This document shows positions 26,801 to 40,800 of a stretch of 64,000 nt of DNA, in pieces (position 1 is the stretch's first letter; each line of letters begins with the position of its first letter). The translations under genes and the position numbers were made by a program. This stretch comes from Eledone cirrhosa. Lineage: Eukaryota. The notes under the pieces were generated by a model that saw nothing but the letters and a program-made list of their open reading frames with translations, was not told the origin of the DNA and ran no database searches. The stretch lies in contig OZ024741.1 in NCBI GenBank assembly GCA_964016885.1, positions 8,556,001 through 8,620,000 on the forward strand, in the 5' to 3' direction.

Positions 26801-29800
26801 TAGTCACCTCCATGTACAACATAGTCGCGGTTTTAGTCACCTCCATGTACACCATAGTGGAGGTATTAGTCACCTCCATGTACAACATAGTGGAGGTTTT
26901 AGTCACCTCCATGTAAAACATAGCCGAGCTTTTAGTCACCTCCATGTACAACATAGTCGAGGTTTTAGTCACCTCCATGTACAACATAGTCGAGGTTTTA
27001 GTCACCTCTATGTACAACATAGTCGAGGTTTTAGTCACCTCTATGTCCAACGTAGTCGAGGTTTTAGTCACCTCCATGTACAACATAGTCGAGGTTTTAG
27101 TCACCTCTATGTACAACATAGTCGAGATTTCAGTCACCTCCGTATACAACATAGTTGAGGATTTAGTCACCTCCGTGTACACCATAGTGGAGCTTTTAGT
27201 CACCTCCATGTACAACATAGTGGAGGTTTTAGTCACCTCCATGTACAACATAGTCGAGCTTTTAGTCACCTCCATGTACAACATAGTGGAGGTTTTAGTC
27301 ACCTCCATGTACACCATAGTGGAGGTTTCAGTCACCTCCGTGTACACCATAGTCGAGGTTTTAGTCACCACCATATACAACATAGTCGAGGTTTTAGTCA
27401 CGTCCATGTACAACATAATCAAGGTTTTAGTCACCTCCATGTACACCATAGTCGAGATTTTAGTCACCTCCATGTACAACATAGTCGAGGTTTTAGTCAC
27501 CTCCATGTACAAAATAGTGCAGGTTTTAGTCAGCTCCATGTACAACATAGTCGATGTTTTAGTCACCTCCATGTACACCATAGTGGAGGTTTTATTCACC
27601 TCCATGTACAATATAGTCGAGGTTTTAGTCACCTCCATGTACAACATAGTCGAGGTTTTAGTAGCCTCAATGTACAAGATAGTCGAGGTTTTATTCACCT
27701 CCATGTACAACATAGTGCAGATTTGAGTCAGATCCATGTTCAACATAGTCGAGGTTTTAGTCACCTCCATGTACACCATAGTGGATATTTTAGTCACCTC
27801 CATGTACAACATAATCGAGGTTTTAGTCCCCTACATGTACAACATAGTGGAGGTTTTAGTCACCTCCATGTACACCATAGTTTGAGGTTTTAGTCACCTC
27901 CATGTACAACATAGTCGAAGTTTTAGTCACCTCCATGTACAACATAGTCGAGGTTTTAGTCACCTCCATGTACAACATAGTCGCGGTTTTAGTCACCTCC
28001 ATGTACACGATAGTGGAGTTATTAGTCACCTCCATGTACAACATAGTGGAGGTTTTAGTCACCTCCATGTACAACATAGCCGAGCTTTTAGTCACCTCCA
28101 TGTACAACATAGTCGAGGTCTTAGTCACCTCCATGTACAACATAGTCGAGGTTTTAGTCACATCCATGTACAACATAGTCGAGGTTTTAGTCACCTCTAT
28201 GTACAACATAGTCGAGGTTTTAGTCACCTCTATGTCCAACGTAGTCGAGGTTTTAGTCACCTCCATGTACAACATAGTCGAGGTTTTAGTCACCTCTATG
28301 TACAACATAGTCGAGATTTCAGTCACCTCCGTATACAACATAGTTGAGTGTTTAGTCACCTCCGTGTACACCATAGTGGAGCTTTTAGTCACCTCCATGT
28401 ACAACATAGTGGAGGTTTTAGTCACCTCCATGTACAACATAGTGGAGGTTTTAGTCACCTCCATGTACACCATAGTGGAGGTTTCAGTCACCTCCGTGTA
28501 CACCATAGTCGAGGTTTTAGTCACCACCATGTACAACATAGTCGAGGTTTTAGTCACGTCCATGTACAACATAATCAAGGTTTTAGTCACCTCCATGTAC
28601 ACCATAGTCGAGGTTTTAGTCACCTCCATGTACAACATAGTCGAGGTTTTAGTCACCTCCATGTACAACATAGTCGAGGTTTTAGTCACCTCCATGTACA
28701 ACATAGTCGAGATTTTAGTCACCTCCATGTACAACATAATCGTGGTTTTAGTCACCTACATGTACAACATAGTGGAGGTTTTAGTCCCCTCCATGTACAC
28801 CATAGTTTGAGGTTTTAGTCACCTCCATGTACAACATAGTCGAAGTTTTAGTCACCTCCATGTACAACATAGTCGAGGTTTTAGTCACCTCCATGTACAA
28901 CATAGTCGCGGTTTTAGTAACCTCCATGTACACCATAGTGGAGGTTTTAGTCACCTCCATGTACAACATAGTGGAGGATTTAGTCACCTCCATGTACAAC
29001 ATAGTCGAGGTTTTAGTCACCTCCATGTACAACATAGTCGAGGTTTTAGTCACCTCCATGTACAACATAGTCGAGGTTTTAGTCACATCCATGTACAACA
29101 TAGTCGAGGTTTTAGTCACCTCTACGTCCAACGTAGTCGAGGTTTTAGTCACCTCCATGTACAACATAGTCGAGGTTTTAGTCACCTCTATGTACAACAT
29201 AGTCGAGATTTCAGTCACCTCTGTGTACAACATAGTTGAGGGTTTAGTCACCTCCGTGTACACCATAGTGGAGCTTTTAGTCACCTCCATGTACAAGAGA
29301 GTCGAGGTTTTAATCACCTCCATGTACAACATAGTCGCGGTTTTAGTCACCTCCATGTACACCATAGTGGAGGTTTTAGTCACCTCCATGTACAACATAG
29401 TCGAGGTTTTAGTCACCTCCATGTACAACAGAGTGGAGGTTTTAGTCACCTACATGTACACCATAGTCGAGGTGTTAGTCACCTCCATGTACAACATAGT
29501 CGAGGTTTGAGTCACCTCCATGTACAACATAGTGGAGGTTTTAGTCACCTCCATGTACACCATAGTCGAGGTTTTAGTCACCTCCATGTACAACATAGTC
29601 GAGGTTTTAGTCACCTCCATGTACAACATAGTCGAGGTTTTAATCACCTCCATGTACAACATAATCGAGGTTTTAGTCACCTCTATGTACAACGTAGTCG
29701 AGGTTTTAGTGACCTCTATGTACAACATTTCAAGGTTTTAATCACCTCCATGTACACTATGTGGAGGTTTTAGTCACCTCCATGTACAACATAATGGAGG

Positions 29801-30730
29801 TTTTAGTCACCTCCATGTACACCATAGTCGAGGTTTTATTCACCTCCATGTACAACATAGTGCAGGTTTTAGTCAGCTCCATGTACAACATAGTGGAGGT
29901 TTTAGTCACATCCATGTACACCATAGTGGAGGTTTTAGTCACCTCCATGTACAACATAATCGAGGTTTTAGTCACCTACATGTACAACATAGTCGAATGT
30001 TTTATTCACCTTCATGTACAACATAGTCGAGCTTTTAGTCACCTCCATATACACCATATTGGAGGTTTTAGTCACCTCCATGAACAACATAGTCGATGTT
30101 TTAGTCACATCCATGTACAATATAGTCGAGGTTTTAGTCACCACCATGTACACCATAGTGGAGGTTTAGTCACCTCCATGTACAACATAGTCGAGGTTCT
30201 AGTCACCTCCATGTACAACATAGTCGAGGTTTTAGTCACCTCCATGTACAACATAGTCGAGGTATTAGTCACCTCCATGTACAACATAGTCGAGGTTTTA
30301 ATCAACTCCATGTACAACATAGTCGAGGTTTTAGTCACCTCTATGTACAACATAGTCGACGTTTTCGTCACCTCCATGTACAACGTAGTCGAGGTTTTAG
30401 TCACCTCCATGTACAACATAGTCGAGGTTTTAGTCACCTCCATGTACAACATAGTCGAGGTTTTAATCACCTCCATGTACAACATAATCGAGGTTTTAGT
30501 CACCTCTATGTACAACGTAGTCGAGGTTTTAGTGACCTCTATGTACAACATTTCAAGGTTTTAATCACCTCCATGTACACCATAATGGAGGTTTTAGTCA
30601 CCTCCATGTACAACATAGTGGAGGTTTTAGTCACCTCCATGTACACCATAGTGGAGGTTTCAGTCACCTCCATGTACACAATGGTTGAGGTTTTAGTCAC
30701 CTCCATGTACAGCATAGTCGAGGTTTTAGT
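9260..30730. repeat. Tandem duplication of about 10.7-10.9 kb (~330 monomers): ~9260-19930 and ~19930-30730
   Basis: Collinear, near-identical ORF series at offsets 10630 (9665/20295), 10795 (10865/21660), 10894 (12769/23663, 14220/25114, 15641/26535, 16962/27856, 17887/28781) and 10794 (18656/29450, 19745/30539). Rare variants are shared, e.g. cactatgtgg (18961/29755), atgtagacc (~13243/24137) and atgtaaaac (~16017/26911). Confidence 0.95.
11800..18480. repeat. Nested ~0.5-1.45 kb subunits inside the 10.9-kb unit (mirrored at ~22600-29300)
   Basis: The 34-bp marker monomer tagtttgagg, usually followed by gaagtt, occurs at ~11801, 12792, 14243, 15135, 15664, 16985, 17910 and 18472. The block starting ccgtatac...gttgaggcttt at 13801 recurs at 15222 (offset 1421). 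Confidence 0.8.
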
Positions 30731-31329
30731 CACGTCCATGTACAACATTGTGGAGGTTTTAGTCACCTCCATGTACCCGATAGTCGAGGTTTGAGTCACC
30801 TCGATGTACAACATAGTCGAGGTTTTAGTCACCTCTATGTACAACATAGTCGACGTTTTCGTCACCTCCATGTACAACCTAGTCGAGGTTTTAGTCACCT
30901 CCATGTACAACATAGTCGAGGTTTTAATCACCTCCATGTACAACATAGTCGAGGTTTTAGTCAACTCCATGTACAACATAGTCGAGATTTTAGTCACCTC
31001 CATGTACACCATAGTGGCGGTTTTAGTGACCTCCATGTACAACATAGTCGAGGTTTTAGTCACCTCCATGTACAACATAGTCGAGGTTTTAGTCACCTCC
31101 ATGTACAACATAATCAAGGTTTTAGTCACCTCCATGTACACCATAGTCGAGGTTTTAGTCACCTCCATGTACAACATAGTCGAGGTTTCAGTCACCTCCA
31201 TGTACAACATAGTGCTGGTTTTAGTCAGCTCCATGTACAACATAGTCCATGTTTTAGTCACCTCCATGTACACCATAGTGGAGGTTTTATTGACCTCCAT
31301 GTACAATATAGTCGAGGTTTTAGTCACCT

Positions 31330-34300
31330 CCATGTACACCATAGTGGAGGTTTTAGTCGCCTCCATGTACAACATAGTCGAGGTTTTATTCACCTCCATG
31401 TACAACATAGTGCAGGTTTTAGTCAGCTCCATGTACAACATAGTCGAGGTTTTAGTCAAATCCATGTACACCATAGTGGAGGTTTTAGTCACCTCCATGT
31501 ACAACATAATCGAGGTTTTAGGCACCTACATGTACAACATAGTCGAATGTTTTATTCACCTTCATGTACAACATAGTCGAGCTTTTAGTCACCTCCATAT
31601 ACACCATATTGGAGGTTTTAGTCACCTCCATGTACAACATAGTCGAGGTTTTAGTCACCTCCATGTACAATATAGTCGAGGTTTTAGTCACCACCATGTA
31701 CACCATAGTGGAGGTTTAGTCACCTCCATGTACAACATAGTCGAGGTTTTAGTCACATCCATGTACAACATAGTCGAGGTTCTAGTCACCTCCATGTACA
31801 ACATAGTCGAGGTTTTAGTCACCTACATGAACAACATAGTCGAGGTTTTAGTCACCTCCATGTACAACATAGTCGAGATTTTAGTCACCTCCATGTACAC
31901 CAGTGGAGGTTTTAGTCAAATCCGTGTACAACATAGTGGAGGTTTATAGTCACCTCCATGTACACCATAGTCGAGTGTTTAGTCACCTCCATGTACAACA
32001 TAGTGGAGGTATTAGTCACCCCCATGTACAACATAGTCGAGCTTTTAGTCACCTCCATGTACAACATAGTGGATGTTTTAGTCACCTCCATGTACACCAT
32101 AGTGGAGGTTTCAGTCACCTCCATGTACACCATAGTCGAGGTTTTAGTCACCACCATGTACAACATAGTCGAGGTTTTAGTCACCTCCATGTACAACATA
32201 GTGGAGGTTTTAGTCACCTCCATGTACACGACAGTCGAGGTTTGAGTCACCTCCATGTACAACATAGTCGAGGTTTTAGTCACCTCTATGTACAACATAG
32301 TCGACGTTTTCGTCACCTCCATGTACAACGTAGTCGAGGTTTTAGTCACCTCCATGTACAACATAGTCGAGGTTTTAATCACCTCCATGTACAACATAGT
32401 GGAGGTTTTAGTCACCTCCATGTACACCATAGGCGAGGTTTTAGTCACCTCCATGTACAACAAAGAGGAGGTTTTAGTCACCTCCATGTACAACATAGTC
32501 GAGATTTTAGTCACCTCCATGTACACCATAGTGGCGGTTTTTGTCATTTCCATGTACACCATAGTGGCGGTTTTAGTCACCTCCATGTACAACATAGTCG
32601 AGTTTTCAGTCACCTCCATGTACAACATAATCAAGGTTTTAGTCACCTCCATGTACACCATAGTCGAGGTTTTAGTCACCTCCATGTACAACATAGTCGA
32701 GGTTTTAGTCACCTCCATGTACAACATAGTGCAGGTTTTAGTCAGCTCCATGCACAACATAGTCGAGGTTTTAGTCACCTCCATGTACACCATAGTGGAG
32801 GTTTTAGTCACCTCCATGTACAACATAATCGAGGTTTGAGTCACCTACATGTACAACAGTCGAATGTTTTATTCACCTTCATGTACAATATAGTCGAGCT
32901 TTTAGTCACCTCCATATACGCCATATTGGAAGTTTTAGTCACCTCCATGTACAACATAGTCGAGGTTTTAGTCACCACCATGTACAACATAGTCGAGGTT
33001 TTAGTCACCTCCATGTACACCATAGTGGAGGTTTTAGTCGCCTCCATGTACAACATAGTCGAGGTTTTATTCACCTCCATGTACAACATAGTGCAGGTTT
33101 TAGTCACCTCCATGTACAACATAGTCGAGGTTTTAGTCACATCCATGTACACCATAGTGGAGGTTTTAGTCACCTCCATGTACAACATAATCGAGGTTTT
33201 AGGCACCTACATGTACAACATAGTCGAATGTTTTATTCACCTTCATGTACAACATAGTCGAGCTTTTAGTCACCTCCATATACACCATATTGGAGGTTTT
33301 AGTCACCTCCATGTACAACATAGTCGAGGTTTTAGTCACCTCCATGCACAATATAGTCGAGGTTTTAGTCACCACCATGTACACCATAGTGGAGGTTTAG
33401 TCACCTCCATGTACAACATAGTCGAGGTTTTAGTCACCTCCATGTACAACATAGTCGAGGTTCTAGTCACCTCCATGTACAACATAGTCGAGGTTTTAGT
33501 CACCTACATGAACAACATAGTCGAGGTTTTAGTCACCTCCATGTACAACATAGTCGAGGTATTAGTCACCTCCATGTACAACATAGTCGATGTTTTAATC
33601 AACTCCATGTACAACATAGTCGAGGTTTTAGTCACCTCCATGTACAACATAGTCGAGATTTTAGTCACCTCCATGTACACCAGTGGAGGTTTTAGTCAAC
33701 TCCGTGTACAACATAGTGGAGGTTTATAGTCACCTCCATGTACACCATAGTCGAGTGTTTAGTCACCTCCATGTACAACATAGTGGAGGTTTTAGTCACC
33801 CCCATGTACAACATAGTCGAGCTTTTAGTCACCTCCATGTACAACATAGTGGATGTTTTAGTCACCTCCATGTACACCATAGTGGAGGTTTCAGTCACCT
33901 CCATGTACACCATAGTCGAGGTTTTAGTCACCACCATGTACAACATAGTCGAGGTTTTAGTCACCTCCATGTACAACATAGTGGAGGTTTTAGTCACCTC
34001 CATGTACACGACAGTCGAGGTTTGAGTCACCTCCATGTACAACATAGTCGAGGTTTTAGTCACCTCTATGTACAACATAGTCGACGTTTTCGTCACCTCC
34101 ATGTACAACGTAGTCGAGGTTTTAGTCACCTCCATGTACAACATAGTCGAGGTTTTAATCACCTCCATGTACAACATAGTGGAGGTTTTAGTCACCTCCA
34201 TGTACACCATAGGCGAGGTTTTAGTCACCTCCATGTACAACAAAGAGGAGGTTTTAGTCACCTCCATGTACAACATAGTCGAGATTTTAGTCACCTCCAT

Positions 34301-34810
34301 GTACACCATAGTGGCGGTTTTAGTCATTTCCATGTACACCATAGTGGCGGTTTTAGTCACCTCCATGTATAACATAGTCGAGGTTTCAGTCACCTCCATG
34401 TACAACATAATCAAGGTTTTAGTCACCTCCATGTACACCATAGTCGAGGTTTTAGTCACCTCCATGTACAACATAGTCGAGGTTTTAGTCACCTCCATGT
34501 ACAACATAGTGCAGGTTTTAGTCAGCTCCATGCACAACATAGTCGAGGTTTTAGTCACCTCCATGTACACCATAGTGGAGGTTTTAGTCACCTCCATGTA
34601 CAACATAATCGAGGTTTGAGTCACCTACATGTACAACAGTCGAATGTTTTATTCACCTTCATGTACAATATAGTCGAGCTTTTAGTCACCTCCATATACG
34701 CCATATTGGAAGTTTTAGTCACCTCCATGTACAACATAGTCGAGGTTTTAGTTACCACCATGTACAACATAGTCGAGGTTTTAGTCACCTCCATGTACAC
34801 CATAGTGGAG
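31330..34810. repeat. Tandem duplication of about 1.7-1.8 kb (51-54 monomers)
   Basis: ORF pairs 31518/33199 (offset 1681) and 31903/33683, 31912/33692, 32255/34035, 32841/34621 (offset 1780). Private variants ggcacctac, cacgacagtc and attggaagtt are shared. Confidence 0.9.
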
Positions 34811-37800
34811 GTTTAGTCACCTCAATGTACAACATAGTCGAGGTTTTAGTCACCTCCATGTACAACATAGTCGAGGTTTTAGTCACCTCCATGTACAACA
34901 TAGTCGAGGTTTTAGTCACCTACATGAACAACATAGTCGAGGTTTTAGTCACCTCCATGTACAACATAGTCGAGGTTTTAGTCACTTCCATGTACAACAT
35001 AGTGGAGGTTTTAGTCACCTCCATGTACAACACAGTGGAGGTTTTAGTCACCTCCATGTACAACATAGTCGAGATTTTAGTCACCTCCATGTACACCATA
35101 GTGGCGGTTTCAGTCATTTCCATGTACACCATAGTGGCGGTTTTAGTCACCTCCATGTACAACATAGTCGAGGTTTTAGTCACCTCCATGTACAACATAA
35201 TCATGGTTTTAGTCACCTCCATGTACACCATAGTCGAGGTTTTAGTCACCTCCTTGTACAACATAGTCGAGGTTTTAGTCACCTCCATGTACACCATAGT
35301 GGAGGTTTTAGTCACCTCCATGTACAACATAATCGAGGTTTTAGTCACCTACATGTACAACAGTCGAATGTTTTATTCACCTTCATGTACAATATAGTCG
35401 AGCTTTTAGTCACCTCCATATACGCCATATTGGAGGTTTTGGTCACCTCCATGTACAACATAGTCGAGGTTTTAGTCAGCTCCATGTACAACATAGTCGA
35501 GGTTTTAGTCACATCCATGTACAACATAGTGGAGGTTTTAGTCACCTCCATGTACAACCTAATCGAGGTTTTAGTCACCTACATGTACAACATAGTCGAA
35601 TGCTTTATTCACCTTCATGTACAACATAGTCGAGCTTTTAGTCACCTCCATATACACCATATTGGAGGTTTTAGTCACCTCCATGCACAACATAGTCGAG
35701 GTTTTAGTCACCTCCATGTACAACATAGTCGAGGTTTTAGTCACCACCATGTACACCATAGTGGAGGTTTAGTCACCTCCATGTACAACATAGTCGAGGT
35801 TTTAGTCACCTCGAATGTACAACATAGTCGAGGTTTTAGTCACCTCCATGTACAACATAGTCGAGGTTTTAGTCACCTACATGAACAACATAGTCGAGGT
35901 TTTAGTCACCTCCATGTACAACATAGTCGCGGTTTTAGTCACCTCCATGTACACCATAGTGGAGGTTTTAGTCACCTCCATGTACAACATAGTGGAGGTT
36001 TTAGTCACCTCCATGTACACCATAGTGGAGGTTTTAGTCACCTCCATGTACAACACAGTGGAGGTTTTAGTCACCTCCATGTACAACATAGTCGAGGTTT
36101 TAGTCACATCCATGTACAACATAGTCGAGGTTTTAGTCACCTCTATGTACAACATAGTCGAGGTTTTAGTCACCTCTATGTCCAACGTTGTCGAGGTTTT
36201 AGTCACCTCCATGTACAACATAGTCGAGGTTTTAGTCACCTCTATGTACAACATAGTCGAGATTTTAGTCACCTCCGTGTACAACATAGTCGAGGGTTTA
36301 GTCACCTCCGTGTACACCATAGTGGAGCTTTTAGTCACCTCCATATACAACATAGTCGAGGTTTTAGTCACCTCCATGTACACCATAGTTTGAGGTTTTA
36401 GTCACCTCCATGTACAAGATAGTCGAGGTTTTAGTCACCTCCATGTACAACATAGTCGCGGTTTTAGTCACCTCCACGTACACTATAGTGGAGGTTTTAG
36501 TCACCTCCATGTACAACATAGTCGAGGTTTTAGTCACCTCCATGTACAACAGAGTGGAGGTTTTAGTCACCTACATGTACACCATAGTCGAGGTGTTAGT
36601 CACCTCCATGTACAACATAGTCGAGGTTTTCGTCACCTCCATGTACAACATAGTGGAGATTTTAGTCACCTCCATGTACGCCATAGTCGAGGTTTTAACC
36701 ACCTCCATGTACAACATAGTCGAGGTTTTAGTCACCTCCATGTACAACATAGTCGAGGTTTTAATCACTTCCATGTACAACATAATCGAGGTTTTAGTCA
36801 CCTCTATGTACAACGTAGTCGAGGTTTTAGTGACCTCTATGTACAACATTTCAAGGTTTTAATCACCTCCATGTACACCATAGTGGAGGTTTTAGTCACC
36901 TCCATGTACAACATAGTGGAGGTTTTAGTTACCTCCACGTACACCATAGTGGAGGTTTCAGTCACCTCCATGTACAGCATAGTCGAGGTTTTAGTCACCT
37001 CCATGTACAACATAGTGGAGGTTTTAGTCACCTCCATGTACACGATAGTCGAGGTTTGAGTCACCTCCATGTACAACAGAGTGGAGGTTTTAGTCACCTC
37101 TATGTACAACATAGTCGACGTTTTCGTCACCTCCATGTACAACGTAGTCGAGGTTTTAGTCACCTCCATGTACAATATAGTCGAGGTTTTAGTCACCCCC
37201 ATGTACTCCATTGTGGAGGGTTTAGTCGCCTCCATGTACAACATAGTCGAGGTTTAAATCACCTCCATGTACAACATAGTGGAGGTTTTAGTCACCTCCA
37301 TGTACACCATAGGCGAGGTTTTAGTTACCTCCATGTACAACAAAGAGGAGGTTTTAGTCACTTCCATGTACAACATAGTCGAGGTTTTAGTCACTTCCGT
37401 GTACAACATAGTCGAGGTTTTAGTCAACTCCATGTACAACATAGTCGAGATTTTAATCACCTCCATGTACACCATAGTGGCGGTTTTAGTGATCTCCATG
37501 TACAACATAGTCGAGGTTTTAGTCACCTCCATGTACAACATAGTCGAGGTTTTAGTCACCTCCATGTACAACATAATCAAGGTTTTAGTCACCTCCATGT
37601 ACACCATAGTCGAGGTTTTAGTCACCTCCATGTACAACATTGTCGAGGTTTTAGTCACCTCCATGTATAACATAGTGCAGGTTTTAGTCAGCTCCATGTA
37701 CAACATAGTCCATGTTTTAGTCACCTCCATGTACACCATAGTGGAGGTTTTATTCACCTCCATGTACAATATAGTCGAGGTTTTAGTCACCCCCATGTAC

Positions 37801-40800
37801 TCCATAGTGGAGGGTTTAGTCGCCTCCATGTACAACATAGTCGAGGTTTTATTCACCTCCATGTACAACATAGTGCAGGTTTTAGTCAGCTCCATGTACA
37901 ACACAATCGAGGTTTTAGTCACCTACATGTACAACATAGTCGAATGTTTTATTCACCTTCATGTACAACATAGTCGAGCTTTTAGTCACCTCCATATACA
38001 CCATATTGGAGGTTTTAGTCACCTCCATGTACAACATAGTCGAGGTTTTAGTCACCTCCATGTACAACATAGTCGAGGTTTTAGTCACCACCATGTACAC
38101 CATAGTGGAGGTTTAGTCACCTCCATGTACAACATAGTCGAGGTTTTAGTCACCTCCATGTACAATATAGTTGAGGTTTTAGTCACCTACATGAACAACA
38201 TAGTCGATGTTTTAGACACCTCCATGTACAACATAGTCAAGGTATTAGTCACCTCCATGTACAACATAGTCGAGGTTTTAATCAACTCCATGTACAACAT
38301 AGTCGAGGTTTTAGTCACCTCCATGTACAACATAGTCGAGATTTTAGTCACCTCCATGTACACCAGTGGAGGTTTTAGTCAACTCCGTGTACAACATAGT
38401 GGAGGTTTATAGTCACCTCCATGTACACCATAGTGGAGTGTTTAGTCACCTCCATGTACAACATAGTGGAGGTTTTAGTCACCTCCATGTACAACATAGT
38501 CGAGGTTTTAGTCACATCTATGTGCAACGTAGTCGAGGTTTTAGTGACCTCTATGTACAACATTTCAAGGTTTTAATCACCTCCATGTACACCATAGTCG
38601 AGATTTTAGTCACCTCCATGTACAACATAGTCGAGGTTTTAGTCACCTCCATGTACAACATAGTGGAGGTTTTAGTCACCTCCATGTACACGATAGTCGA
38701 GGTTTGAGTCACCTCCATGTACAACAGAGTCGAGGTTTTAGTCACCTCTATGTACAACATAGTCGACGTTTTCGTCACCTCCATGTACAACGTAGTCGAG
38801 GTTTTAGTCACCTCCATGTACAACATAGTCGAGGTTTAAATCACCTCCATGTACAACATAGTGGAGGTTTTAGTCACCTCCATGTACACCATAGGCGAGG
38901 TTTTAGTTAGCTCCATGTACAACAAAGAGGAGGTTTTAGTCACTTCCATGTACAACATAGTCGAGGTTTTAGTCACCTCCATGTACAACATAGTCGAGGT
39001 TTTAGTCACTTCCATGTACAACATAGTCGAGGTTTTAGTCACCTCCATGTACAACATAGTCGAGATTTTAGTCACCTCCATGTACACCATAGTGGCGGTT
39101 TTAGTGAGCTCCATGTACAACATAGTCGAGGTTTTAGTCACCTCCATGTACAACATATTCGAGGTTTTAGTCACCTCCATGTACAACATAATCAAGGTTT
39201 TAGTCACCTCCATGTACACCATAGTCGAGGTTTTAGTCACCTCCATGTACACCATAGTCGAGGTTTTAGTCACCTCCATGTATAACATAGTGCAGGTTTT
39301 AGTCAGCTCCATGTACAACATAGGCCATGTTTTAGTCACCTCCATGTACACCATAGTGGAGGTTTTATTCACCTCCATGTACAATATAGTCGAGGTTTTA
39401 GTCACCCCCATGTACTCCATTGTGGAGGGTTTAGTCGCCTCCATGTACAACATAGTCGAGGTTTTATTCACCTCCATGTACAACATAATCAAGGTTTTAG
39501 TCACCTCCATGTACACCATAGTCGAGGTTTTAGTCACCTCCATGTACACCATAGTCGAGGTTTTAGTCACCTCCATGTATAACATAGTGCAGGTTTTAGT
39601 CAGCTCCATGTACAACATAGTCGAGGTTTTAGTCACATCCATGTACACCATAGTGGAGGTTTTAGTCACCTCCATGTACAACATAATCAAGGTTTTAGTC
39701 ACCTACATGTACAACATAGTCGAATGTTTTATTCACCTTCATGTACAACATAGTCGAGCTTTTAGTCACCTCCATGTACAACATAATCAAGGTTTTAGTC
39801 ACCTCCATGTACAACATAGTCGAGGTTTTAGTCACCTCCATGTACAACATAGTCGAGGTTTTAGTCACTTCCATGTACAACATAGTCGAGGTTTTAGTCA
39901 CCTCCATGTACAACATAGTCGAGCTTTTAGTCACCTCCATATACACCATATTGGAGGTTTTAGTCACCTCCATGTACAACATAGTCGAGGTTTTAGTCAC
40001 CTCCATGTACAACATAGTCGAGGTTTTAGTCACCAGCATGTACACCATAGTGGAGGTTTTGTCACCTCCATGTACAACATAGTCGAGGTTTTAGTCACCT
40101 CCATGTACAACATAGTCGAGGTTTTAGTCACCTCCATGTACAAGATAGTCGAGGTTTTAGTCACCTACATGGACAACATAGTCGATGTTTTAGACACCTC
40201 CATGTACAACATAGTCAAGGTATTAGTCACCTCCATGTACAACATAGTCGAGGTTTTAATCAACTCCATGTACAACATAGTCGAGGTTTTAGTCACCTCC
40301 ATGTACAACATAGTCGAGATTTCAGTCACCTCCATGTACACCAGTGGAGGCTTTAGTCAACTCCGTGTACAACATAGTGGAGGTTTATAGTCACCTCCAT
40401 GTACACCATAGTCGAGTGTTAGTCACCTCCATGTACAACATAGTGGAGGTTTTAGTCACCTCCATGTACAACATAGTCGAGCTTTTAGTCACCTCCATGT
40501 ACAACATAGTGGAGGTTTTAGTCACCTCCATGTACACCATAGTGGAGGTTTCAGTCACCTCCGTGTACACCATAGTCGAGGTTTTAGTCAGCTCCATGTA
40601 CAACATAGTCGATGTTTTAGTCACCTCCATGTACAACATAGTGGAGGTTTTATTCACCTCCATGTACAATATAGTCGAGATTTTAGTCACCTCCATGTAC
40701 ACCATAGTGGAGGTTTTAGTCGCCTCCATTTACAACATAGTCGAGGTTTTATTCACCTCCATGTACAACATAGTGCAGGATTTAGTCGGCTCCATGTTCA

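Noticed and set aside
3539-30794. Exact 27,000-bp offset between similar cassettes (3573/30573)
   Set aside because: The round number is coincidental. The same cassette occurs at many other positions and these two copies differ at several variants.
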